From assembly GCA_019561615.1 (NCBI GenBank), contig JAHEQA010000037.1, positions 1 through 40,543 on the forward strand: a stretch of DNA of 40,543 nucleotides, given 5' to 3'. The translations under genes and the position numbers were made by a program. The notes beneath the pieces are model-generated. The model was not told the DNA's origin. It searched no databases and saw nothing but the letters and a program-made list of their open reading frames with translations. This stretch comes from Methanothermococcus sp. SCGC AD-155-E23. GTDB taxonomy: Archaea > AGJL01 > Methanococci > Methanococcales > Methanococcaceae. This document shows positions 29,640 to 38,096 of this stretch, piece after piece. The stretch's first letter is position 1. Each line of letters starts with the position of its first letter.

Positions 29640-30627
29640 CCCTTTTGGCAACCTCCCTAGCCATCTCAAAGGTTGTAAGGGAGCCACCTAGATCTGGTGT
29701 TGTAAGTCCCTTCTCCAGCACCTCCTCAAGTGCCCTCTCCACCCTGTTGGCAGCCTCCTCCTCCCCTAAGTACCTTAACATAAGTACTCCAGCTAGTATA
29801 GTTGCAGTGGGATTTGCTATACCCTTTCCAGCGATGTCAGGTGCAGAGCCATGTACTGGCTCAAAGAGACCATGTCTATCTCCAATGTTTGCAGAGGGCG
29901 CCATTCCCAGTCCTCCAACTGTTCCAGCAGCTCCATCTGAGAGGATGTCCCCAAAGAGGTTTGAGGTAACAACTACGTCGAAGGTCTCAGGTCTTGTAAT
30001 GATGTACATATTCATGGCATCTATGTAGTAGTCCTCAGCCTCTATATCTGGATACTCCTCTGCAACCTCGTAGAATATCCTCTTAAATACACCGTCTGTT
30101 AATTTCAGTACGTTGGCCTTGTGGGCACAGGTGACCTTTCCCCTCTTACCCTCTCTTTTCCTCTTCTCAGCCAACTCAAAGGCAAATTTAAATATCCTCC
30201 TACAGACCTTCTCCGTAATCACCCTAGTTGCAGTGTATACACCATCTGCCACCTGGGCCTCAATACCCTTGTAAAGGTCCTCTGTATTCTCCCTCACTAT
30301 TACGTAGTCTATGTTCTCTTTTAAACACCTTATACCTCTGTAGGATTTAACAGGTCTAACGTTGGCGTAGGTATCCAGTATCTTCCTTAACTTAACTATT
30401 ACATCTGCAGCGGTCTCCCCAGCAGCTCCAAAGAGTACTGCATCACACTCCTTTGCAATCTCCACAGTCTCCTCTGGAAGGGCAACCCCCCTCTTTTTAA
30501 AAACCTCATCTCCAGCCTCTGCATGTATAAATTCAAAGTCTACTCCCGTTGCCTTTAAAACCTCTAGGGCTGCAGGTACAACCTCCTTTCCAATACCGTC
30601 CCCCTCTATTACACATATCTTGTACAT
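29629..30627 (-). CDS. leuB: 3-isopropylmalate/3-methylmalate dehydrogenase
   Basis: GDGIGKEV, LFGAAGETAADVIV (LeuB-type rather than AksF), RENTE, HKANV, NLFGDILSD, EPVHGSAPDIAG. Confidence 0.9.
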   Translation of the reverse strand: MYKICVIEGDGIGKEVVPAALEVLKATGVDFEFIHAEAGDEVFKKRGVALPEETVEIAKECDAVLFGAAGETAADVIVKLRKILDTYANVRPVKSYRGIRCLKENIDYVIVRENTEDLYKGIEAQVADGVYTATRVITEKVCRRIFKFAFELAEKRKREGKRGKVTCAHKANVLKLTDGVFKRIFYEVAEEYPDIEAEDYYIDAMNMYIITRPETFDVVVTSNLFGDILSDGAAGTVGGLGMAPSANIGDRHGLFEPVHGSAPDIAGKGIANPTATILAGVLMLRYLGEEEAANRVERALEEVLEKGLTTPDLGGSLTTFEMAREVAKRVRA

Positions 30628-30638
30628 CCCTTTCACCT

Positions 30639-31343
30639 TTACTTTTTAACAGCTACAGCACCAATATAACCACCAAAGTACTTTAAAAAACTTTTGTACA
30701 GAAGGTTATCTAGGGGACTGTTGGTTATACAGGTGGCAAAGGTATACTTTATATGGAAGTTATGTCTCCTCAGAAGATCCTCCACCTCTCTCAGGGAGTA
30801 AAACCTTGTACTAACCTTTATCCTCCTCCCATCTACCACCTTCCTAATATCTCCCCTCCTCTTTTTTATAGCCTTCAGTGTATCCCTCCATCCCCTTCTA
30901 AACAGGGATTTAAGTATCCATCTAAGGTGGTAGAGGTTTGCCAGTGTAAAAATAAATACCCCTTCCTTCACAAGGACCCTCCTTATCTCCTTAAGTGCCC
31001 TCTCTATCTGCACATGATTCAAGGCTCCAAAGAAGGAGATTACACATTGAAAGGTTCTACTTTTAAAGGGTAAATGCTGGACATCCCCTACAACTACAAA
31101 TTTCCCACTTTTATCCCTTGCCCTCCTAGCCATCTCTATGGAGATATCCAATCCAACTATGTTACAATCCTTTAGATACACTAGATGCTCCCCAGTACCA
31201 CAACCTACATCTAGGATTAAGTAATCCTCCTTAACCTCATCTCTAAGTACCCTGTACTCCACAGCCCTCATATACCTGGTATCCCTGTACAACCTGTCGT
31301 ACTCCCTAGCCAGGGTATTGTAGTAATCTATCACCCTCCTCAT
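30639..31343 (-). CDS. Class I SAM-dependent methyltransferase (Methyltransf_11-like)
   Basis: ILDVGCGTG, GLDIS.EM, GDVQHLPF, ALKEIRRVL..EG. Confidence 0.88.
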   Translation of the reverse strand: MRRVIDYYNTLAREYDRLYRDTRYMRAVEYRVLRDEVKEDYLILDVGCGTGEHLVYLKDCNIVGLDISIEMARRARDKSGKFVVVGDVQHLPFKSRTFQCVISFFGALNHVQIERALKEIRRVLVKEGVFIFTLANLYHLRWILKSLFRRGWRDTLKAIKKRRGDIRKVVDGRRIKVSTRFYSLREVEDLLRRHNFHIKYTFATCITNSPLDNLLYKSFLKYFGGYIGAVAVKK

Positions 31344-31438
31344 AATTCCACAAAATTTTAATTGAATTAAACCTAAATAGAAAATTTTTTATATTATCCT
31401 CCTAGCTTTAATTATTATACCTCCAATGAGGTGATATC

Positions 31439-32140
31439 TTGCACATAATGGAGGGGTATTTGCCACCGATGTGGTGTGCAATCTGGTATATCCTCTCAGG
31501 TATAGTAGTGGGCTATGGGATTATAAAGATAAACCAACTTCTCAAGGAGATGCCAGAGGTAAAACCTCTGTTGGCAGTGGCAGGAGCCTATATGTTTGTA
31601 CTTAGCTCCCTTAAGTTACCCTCAGTTACTGGAAGTTGTTCCCACCCCTGTGGTAACGGGTTAAGCGCAGTACTCTTTGGTGTACCAATTACAGCAGTTT
31701 TAGCCACTATAGTGTTGCTCTTCCAGGCACTACTGTTAGCCCACGGTGGATTGACTACTTTAGGGGCAAATATATTCTCCATGGGTGTCATGGGTCCCCT
31801 GGCAGGGGTAATAGTATGGAAACTTCTCAAGGGTAAGATAAACTCCACCTGGGCAGTTATGTTGGCAGCTATTGCAGCAGATTGGATGACCTATATTACC
31901 ACATCTATACAGCTTACACTGGCATTCCCTGGAGAGGATCCAGTAAGGACCTTGATGGTCTTCCTAAGTATATTCGCTGTTACCCAGATACCCCTTGCAA
32001 TTGCAGAGGGTCTATTGACAGCTGTACTCTGGGATAAGATAAAGGAGTTGAGACCAGATCTACTCTTGAAGTTAGGAGTTATCGATGAAAGTGAAGTACC
32101 TCACTACACCCAAGCAATGGATACTGGGGGTGCTGAATAA
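31439..32140 (+). CDS. cbiM: Cobalt ECF transporter S component
   Basis: MHIMEGYL metal-binding N-terminus (TTG after GAGGTGA), SVTGSCSHP, AHGGLTTLGAN, TQIPLAIAEG. Confidence 0.96.
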   Translation: MHIMEGYLPPMWCAIWYILSGIVVGYGIIKINQLLKEMPEVKPLLAVAGAYMFVLSSLKLPSVTGSCSHPCGNGLSAVLFGVPITAVLATIVLLFQALLLAHGGLTTLGANIFSMGVMGPLAGVIVWKLLKGKINSTWAVMLAAIAADWMTYITTSIQLTLAFPGEDPVRTLMVFLSIFAVTQIPLAIAEGLLTAVLWDKIKELRPDLLLKLGVIDESEVPHYTQAMDTGGAE

Positions 32141-32439
32141 TGGAGAAAAAACATATCCTAATGATCCTAGGTGTAATAATCCTAGTTATTATCCCTCTTA
32201 TAATATATGCAGGTAAGGGAGAGGAGGAGGGATACTTCGGTGGGGCAGATGATGCAGCAGAGGATATTATAACAGAGGTTAACCCCAACTACCAACCATG
32301 GTTCAGTCCTATATGGGAACCTCCAAGTGGAGAGATTGAGTCCCTCCTCTTCGCCCTCCAGGCTGCAATAGGTGCCATAATAATAGGGTACTTTATAGGA
32401 TACAACAAGGCTAAAGTAGAGTTGAAATCCCAGAGTTAA
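32140..32439 (+). CDS. cbiN: Cobalt transport protein CbiN
   Basis: FGGADD, YQPWFSPIWEPPSGEIESLLFALQAAIGA. Confidence 0.96.
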   Translation: MEKKHILMILGVIILVIIPLIIYAGKGEEEGYFGGADDAAEDIITEVNPNYQPWFSPIWEPPSGEIESLLFALQAAIGAIIIGYFIGYNKAKVELKSQS

Positions 32440-32449
32440 ATCCTAACTC

Positions 32450-32470
32450 TTTTTTTCTTTTTTATTTTTT
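32450..32470 (+). terminator. Oligo-U terminator candidate between cbiN and cbiQ
   Basis: TTTTTTTCTTTTTTATTTTTT starting about 10 nt after the cbiN stop. Confidence 0.55.
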
Positions 32471-32508
32471 AAATAATTTTTATTATCACTGATTTTTCAG
32501 GTGATTAA

Positions 32509-33297
32509 ATGCAGGTGAACACCATAGACCATATTGCCCACAACAACAGGTTACGTCATATCAACCCCAAGTTAAAGGTACTATTTGCACTCTCTATGCT
32601 TTTGATTACCCTCTTCTCAAAATCCATCCTTGTACCTTTAATTGTAGCCTTAATAATGATAACCCTAACTGTTTTTGTAGCCAGGGTTCCACTGAGGATA
32701 TACCTACCCCTTTTATCAGTTCCCATAGGCTTTGGTATACTTACAGTAATCCTCATGGGTATCATCTACACAGGTGGTGAAAAGCTACTGTCTATAAATA
32801 TCTTCAACTTCAACATCTCCATCTACAGTTACGGTGTTAACTTAGGGTTGTTAGTATTCAGTAGGATGCTAGGGGGTGTTACCTCCACCCTCTTCCTGGC
32901 ATTTACAACCCCTATGACAGAACTCTTCTATATACTGAGGGAGTGGAGGGTTCCATCTACTCTACTGGATATTGCCATGATGATGTACAGGTATATCTTT
33001 ATCCTACTGGAGGAGATGATAAGGATAGTAAATGCCCAGCATACAAGGTTGGGATACAAGGATTTAAAAACCACCTACAAGTCCCTAGGTACATTGGCAG
33101 CTATCCTCTTTATAAGGGCCTGGGAGAGGGGGGAGAGATCCTTCATCACCATGAGTTGCAGGGGATACAGGGGGGACTTAAAACTTTTAAATAAAATAGA
33201 GTCTCCAGGTGTGAAGTATATACTCTTAATAGTAGTAGTGGATATATTTCTCCTGATACTCTCCTACTTGACTGCAGATTTTAAAGTGATTACCTAG
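32509..33297 (+). CDS. cbiQ: Cobalt ECF transporter T component
   Basis: NPKLK, FTTPMTEL, MYRYIFIL, AQHTRLGY, CRGY coupling motifs. Confidence 0.93.
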   Translation: MQVNTIDHIAHNNRLRHINPKLKVLFALSMLLITLFSKSILVPLIVALIMITLTVFVARVPLRIYLPLLSVPIGFGILTVILMGIIYTGGEKLLSINIFNFNISIYSYGVNLGLLVFSRMLGGVTSTLFLAFTTPMTELFYILREWRVPSTLLDIAMMMYRYIFILLEEMIRIVNAQHTRLGYKDLKTTYKSLGTLAAILFIRAWERGERSFITMSCRGYRGDLKLLNKIESPGVKYILLIVVVDIFLLILSYLTADFKVIT

Positions 33298-33300
33298 TAA

Positions 33301-33879
33301 TTACAACCTTTCTAAAGCCCTGTAGAATCTGTGGAATAACTCCCTGGATATCCTTAACTTAGTATTTCCAACCTTCAACAACATCTTAAGGTAGTCCTCA
33401 TCTACCAGGATATCTCCCTCTAAACCAATTGGTGCATCTATTTTATAGGTACTTACTATCTCCACCATCACCCTTCTCCCTGTTATGGACTTTATAGAGG
33501 AGGCCTTTAAACCGCTGTGGATGGCAAGATCCAGGAGTCTCTTTGCAGCAGGGATATCCCTGGCAGCTACATGGAGAATTGGAGAGTTCATTACAAAAAC
33601 TATCATCTCGAAATCCCTGGATCTCCTCTCCAAGGCCTCAAATAACTCCCTCTCCTCTCCGTAGTGGTGCCACTTCCCCAACCATCTCGAGTGCACCTTG
33701 GGATTCTTACCCCTTGGAAACTCCATTATACCACATCTTCCAAAGCAGGAGCTAGTTGTGTAGTAGTCCTCCATCTCGTTTATCCTCTCAAGGATATAGA
33801 GTATACCCCTATCCACAAGGTTTTTCTCTAGAGCCTCCCTTAACTTCTCCATAGCCTTTTCTTTATCCCTTGGAAACAT
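33301..33879 (-). CDS. taw3: tRNA(Phe) wyosine-pathway methyltransferase Taw3/Tyw3
   Basis: VD..I..IN...YYTTSSCFGR, KWH, PILHV, GLKASSI; ATG 33879. Confidence 0.9.
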   Translation of the reverse strand: MFPRDKEKAMEKLREALEKNLVDRGILYILERINEMEDYYTTSSCFGRCGIMEFPRGKNPKVHSRWLGKWHHYGEERELFEALERRSRDFEMIVFVMNSPILHVAARDIPAAKRLLDLAIHSGLKASSIKSITGRRVMVEIVSTYKIDAPIGLEGDILVDEDYLKMLLKVGNTKLRISRELFHRFYRALERL

Positions 33880-33953
33880 ATTGAACACTTTTTAAAATTA
33901 TTTATACAACAAACTCTCTAAGAGGTTTCAACTTATAAGTATTGGGGGAGACT

Positions 33954-34166
33954 ATGGAGTTAGATGTCCGTGGTCTTGTATGTCCAATGCCAGTCTTGAA
34001 GACAAAGAAGGCCCTGGAGGAATTGGCAAAGGGTGAGAGGTTAACTGTAATAGGGGACTACAAACCTGCCCTAGAGAATATTAAAAGGTTTGCAGAAACC
34101 CATGGTTATAGGGTAGTATCTGTAGAGGAATCCAAAGATCTCTTTAAAATTGTAATAGAGAAGTGA
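33954..34166 (+). CDS. TusA/SirA-family sulfur carrier
   Basis: LDVRGLVCPMPVLKTKKAL motif. Confidence 0.9.
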   Translation: MELDVRGLVCPMPVLKTKKALEELAKGERLTVIGDYKPALENIKRFAETHGYRVVSVEESKDLFKIVIEK

Positions 34167-34177
34167 GAGGTGATAAG

Positions 34178-34522
34178 TTGAAGTTTACAGTGATAATTAC
34201 CACAGCCCCCTACGGCCATGAGAGGGCCTACTCAGCCCTTAGATTTGCCCTTACATCCCTCCTAGAGGGTATCGATGTAAATATATTTCTCATCGAAGAT
34301 GGTGTCTACCTGGCCAAGAGATCCCAAAACCCCTCTGGCTTCCCAAACTACCTGGAGTACCTGAAAAACTGTATAGAGGCTGGGGCAGTTGTAAAGGCCT
34401 GTGGTCCCTGTTGTAGGGCCAGGGGTTTAAGTGAGGAGGATCTAATAGGGGGTGTGGTATTAGGTACCATGCACGACCTGGTGAACTTTGTAAAGGAGAG
34501 TGACAGGGTAGTCACCTTCTAA
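34178..34522 (+). CDS. DsrE/TusD-family sulfur relay protein
   Basis: APYG.E...ALRFA, FLIEDGV, ACGPCCRARG, SDRVVTF; TTG 34178 after GAGGTGA. Confidence 0.88.
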   Translation: MKFTVIITTAPYGHERAYSALRFALTSLLEGIDVNIFLIEDGVYLAKRSQNPSGFPNYLEYLKNCIEAGAVVKACGPCCRARGLSEEDLIGGVVLGTMHDLVNFVKESDRVVTF

Positions 34523-35661
34523 TCCACTGCAAAGAATAGACACTTGAGATACTCAAGATCCTTATTGGCCATGGTAATTACATGATCTGGAGATTGGGTC
34601 CTATAACCTCCAATCTGTTTAATCTCTTTTCTAGCCCTTAGGGAGGAGGATACCACAGTACTCTTGAAGGTCTCCCTGTCTATGTGGTGGGAACAGGAGC
34701 ATGTGACCAACATCCTTTTACTAAGTTTCAAGGCGAGATAGTTAAGGATGTTATAGGCCCTAAGTGCATTTTTAACATCCTTGGAGGTCCTTGTAAAGGA
34801 GGGGGGATCCAGTACTACGATGTCAAAGGACTCCCCCTCCTCTATCAACTCCCTCATAACGTCAAAGGCGTTGCCATGTATAAGGTGATACTTCTCGATG
34901 TTGTTTAGCCTCATATTCTCCTCTGCAACCTCCAAGGCCTTTTTGGATATATCTATCCCCCAAACCTCGGCACCCATCACCCCACAGTGTACAGCGAAGC
35001 CACCTGTATAGCAACATACATCTAACACCCTGTCCCCCTCCTGCACATACCTCTCTATATCTATCCTGTTGTCCCTCTGATCTAGGAAGAAGCCAGTTTT
35101 ATGCCCCCTTACATTAACCTTGAATCGCCCCCTGCCCTCCTCTATAACAGTCTCCATCTTACTCCTATCTCCAAATATCCTAGGTTTTACCCTGTTACCC
35201 TTCTTGGCACCTTGCATGTAGAGGGTGTCCATACCTGCAAGTTCCTCCACACATTCGTATATTACCGGTGCAAACCTCTCCATAACCTTGGAGGAGACCT
35301 GCATAGAGCCTATATCCTTATACCTGTCTAGTATTACACAGGGTAGGTAATCCCCCTCTGCATATATCATCCTGTAGGTATTCTTAAAACCAAGAACCTT
35401 CTCCCTGTATTCAATAGCCCTCTTTATTCTCCGGTAGAAGAAGTCCCTATCTATCTCCTCTCTCTTCAGTGTCAGTATCTTTACAGTGGCACTATCCCTG
35501 TTGTAGATGGCCCTGGCTACAAACTTGTCCCTGTAGTAGAGATCTACTATCTCATCCCTCTCAGGTAGATCCTCCCTATTCAATATACCCTTCAGGTATA
35601 CTATCCTGGAGAAGTTCTTGATAGATTCATAGGCCCTCTTATCTATCTGAAGCCTTACTAT
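34519..35661 (-). CDS. RlmI-like (COG1092) rRNA methyltransferase with N-terminal PUA-like domain
   Basis: YRMIYAEGDYLP, HKTGFFLDQRDNR, LDVCCYTGGF, VLDPPSF, TCSCS, YLK; frame is open 26 codons upstream of the track's TTG 35583 to an SD-positioned ATA. Confidence 0.88.
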   Translation of the reverse strand: MVRLQIDKRAYESIKNFSRIVYLKGILNREDLPERDEIVDLYYRDKFVARAIYNRDSATVKILTLKREEIDRDFFYRRIKRAIEYREKVLGFKNTYRMIYAEGDYLPCVILDRYKDIGSMQVSSKVMERFAPVIYECVEELAGMDTLYMQGAKKGNRVKPRIFGDRSKMETVIEEGRGRFKVNVRGHKTGFFLDQRDNRIDIERYVQEGDRVLDVCCYTGGFAVHCGVMGAEVWGIDISKKALEVAEENMRLNNIEKYHLIHGNAFDVMRELIEEGESFDIVVLDPPSFTRTSKDVKNALRAYNILNYLALKLSKRMLVTCSCSHHIDRETFKSTVVSSSLRARKEIKQIGGYRTQSPDHVITMANKDLEYLKCLFFAVD

Positions 35662-35674
35662 GTTATCACCTGCC

Positions 35675-37327
35675 TCATTTGCCTAAAAACCTTGAGTTAC
35701 TTATCTCTATAAACCTATTGCAGACTTCCTCTGGATCCCCCTCCATCACCACCTTCCCCCTGTCTATAAGTATTACCCTGTCACTTATCTCCTTTATAAG
35801 TGGTATATGGTGACTTATAAGTACAACGGTGGTGCCATATCTGTCGTTTATCCTCTTTAAATAGTTTGCAACATCCCTCAAGGTAACAGGATCTAGGTCT
35901 CCAAAGGGCTCATCTAGAAGAAGTATCTTAGGTTTTGTCACCAGTTGTAGGGCAAGGGCTACCCTAACCTTCTCCCCACCACTTAACTCCAGAGGTGTTT
36001 TATTCAACACCTCCTCATCTAGGTTCAATGTTTTAAGGATCTCCACAGGATTGAAGTCCTCATCTACAAGGGCTGGAAAGAGGATATCTACAATATCCTG
36101 GGAGAGTCCCAGTTTCTCAAGTTTATTCCTCCTCTCCTCCTCTGGAAGATCTATCAACTGGTAGATCCCATCTACAACCTTTGGAGATATACCTAACTCC
36201 TTAGACTTTAACCTGGCAGAGGTGATGGCCCTCTCCCCCTTAACTCCAGCCCTGTACCTTAGCATCTCCCCTACTGTTAAGTAGTGGGGAAGGGAGAACT
36301 CCTGATGTAGTATCCCCATCTTCCTACGTAGCTCTATCCTCTTCCATCCGTACTCACTTAGATCCACCCCATCAACTATAATCTTTCCACTGTCTGGAAG
36401 TTCAAGGCCTGCAAGGAGTCTTAGAAGTACAGACTTTCCAGCACCACTTGGTCCAATGATGGAGAGTATCTCCCCCTCCCTAACCTGGAAGGAGATATTC
36501 CTCATATTCAAGGTCTCCCCACCCCCTACCACGAAGTACCTCTTAGATACATTCCTTACCTCTATTATGGCCCTATCCTTAGGTTTAGATCGCCTGATAT
36601 AGGGAGGTGACATCTCCTCTAAAAACTTCTCTATTACCTCCTCAGGTCTCCCCTCCATAACAATCCTACCCTCCTCCAGGAGGATGCACCTATGGCAGAG
36701 GTATCTATGGATCTCTGGGAGGTGGGAGGTAATTATTATAGGGACATTTAACTCCCTATTAATCTTCTTTAACACATCTAGGAGGATCTGCTTTGAGGCA
36801 GGACAGGCCATAGTTGCAGGTTCATCTAGTAGTAGTACCCCCTCTCCCCTCTCGTATATCTTTGCTATCTGCCTTGCCAGTATTAGACGTTGCTTCTCCC
36901 CCCCACTTAGCACATTTGCAAATACATCCTTCTTATGCTCCAACCCAACTAACCTCAATATCTCAAGGGCCTTTTTTTCATACTCCTCCCACTCCTCCTC
37001 CATAGGTAGGGATTCGTCACAGTTGTTCCTTACAGCGTATAACTTCCTTATGATGTTGTAGATTGCAGGTTCTGCCCAGAGTGCAAAGTTCCTCTGAAGA
37101 TGTATAGCTGTAACCTCCCTGAAGTTATCCCTTCTACCTAATATCTCCACATATCCCTCGTAGTCCCTATCTACACCCCTAAGTATCCTTATCAGTGTAG
37201 ACTTTCCAGCCCCAGATTTTCCCATCACTCCAAGTATCTCCCCCTTCTCAACCTGGAAGGAGATGTTATCCAGGGCCACCTTGTTATCATATCTCTTAGT
37301 TAGATTTTTAACCACCACTGCAGCCAT
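35675..37327 (-). CDS. Twin-domain soluble ABC ATPase, paralog of MCR component A2 (AtwA-like)
   Basis: Two NBDs (GKSGAGKS/LSGGEKQR; GPSGAGKS/LSGGEKVR), AIHLQRNFALW, ILHQEFSL, DPVT; no TM segments; ATG 37327 after GGTGA. Confidence 0.75.
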   Translation of the reverse strand: MAAVVVKNLTKRYDNKVALDNISFQVEKGEILGVMGKSGAGKSTLIRILRGVDRDYEGYVEILGRRDNFREVTAIHLQRNFALWAEPAIYNIIRKLYAVRNNCDESLPMEEEWEEYEKKALEILRLVGLEHKKDVFANVLSGGEKQRLILARQIAKIYERGEGVLLLDEPATMACPASKQILLDVLKKINRELNVPIIITSHLPEIHRYLCHRCILLEEGRIVMEGRPEEVIEKFLEEMSPPYIRRSKPKDRAIIEVRNVSKRYFVVGGGETLNMRNISFQVREGEILSIIGPSGAGKSVLLRLLAGLELPDSGKIIVDGVDLSEYGWKRIELRRKMGILHQEFSLPHYLTVGEMLRYRAGVKGERAITSARLKSKELGISPKVVDGIYQLIDLPEEERRNKLEKLGLSQDIVDILFPALVDEDFNPVEILKTLNLDEEVLNKTPLELSGGEKVRVALALQLVTKPKILLLDEPFGDLDPVTLRDVANYLKRINDRYGTTVVLISHHIPLIKEISDRVILIDRGKVVMEGDPEEVCNRFIEISNSRFLGK

Positions 37328-37355
37328 TAATATCACCATAATTGTTGTGATAACT

Positions 37356-38096
37356 ATGAGAGTAAATAGATTAAAGGATATTATAAAATCCCTGGGGATA
37401 GAATCTGCAAGACTTATCGAGGAGAAAATAGATCTACAGTATACCTATCTAAAGAATTTGAAAGAGAGGATAGATGAGGAGTTGTTTCTGAAACTTATAT
37501 TACTTAATGCCCTGGTATCCTATCAACTATCTACCACTGGAGAGAGGTGGTGGAGGGAGTTTTCAGAGTATCGCTGGGAGAGTATATCTGAGGATGTGGT
37601 GGAGGAGTATGTTAAATTTCTCTCCAACTCAAGGGGCAACAGGAGGTTTCTAGAGGGTAAGATAAAGAGAGTATATAAATTAAGACACTTCCTAGATACC
37701 CTATCCCTGGAGAGGTGTGAAAACTACTACAACAACATGGAGTCCCTGAGAAATGCCCTAGCAAGGGTGTTGAATACAAGGGGTGATGCAAAAACAGTGG
37801 TATTTGCAGTTAAGATCTTTGGATATGGAGGTAGGATGGTATTCAATAAATTTATCCCCTACCCCTACTCTGTAGAGATTCCCAGGGACAGTAGAATAGA
37901 GGGATACACCAGAAGGTTTACAGATGGAGATGTGATAAAATTTTGGAGTGAAGTTGCCCGGGATACTGGAGTCCCTCCTCTCCATATAGATTCCCTACTT
38001 TGGCCAGCTCTGGGAGACTGGGAGAGGGTAAAAAGACCTCTAAAAGCCCTAAATGAGGATGTGTATAAAAAGGTGAAGATGTTGATAGAGCTTTAG
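37356..38096 (+). CDS. Archaeal N-glycosylase/DNA lyase (AGOG, 8-oxoguanine glycosylase)
   Basis: IEE..D.QY, NALVSYQL..GE.WW.EFS, KTVVFAVK..GY, IP.D.RI, PPLHIDSLLW; ATG 37356 (track over-extended to 37263). Confidence 0.92.
   Translation: MRVNRLKDIIKSLGIESARLIEEKIDLQYTYLKNLKERIDEELFLKLILLNALVSYQLSTTGERWWREFSEYRWESISEDVVEEYVKFLSNSRGNRRFLEGKIKRVYKLRHFLDTLSLERCENYYNNMESLRNALARVLNTRGDAKTVVFAVKIFGYGGRMVFNKFIPYPYSVEIPRDSRIEGYTRRFTDGDVIKFWSEVARDTGVPPLHIDSLLWPALGDWERVKRPLKALNEDVYKKVKMLIEL

Noticed and set aside
33301-35661. taw3, tusA, dsrE and the RlmI-like gene as a new RNA thio-modification system
   Set aside because: Three different transcription units, no thiolase or desulfurase present; tusA-dsrE pairing is common on its own.
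35675-37327. ABC ATPase as the missing CbiO
   Set aside because: Twin-NBD A2-like architecture, lacks the ECF Q-helix (QNPDxQ) motif, and is on the opposite strand from cbiMNQ.
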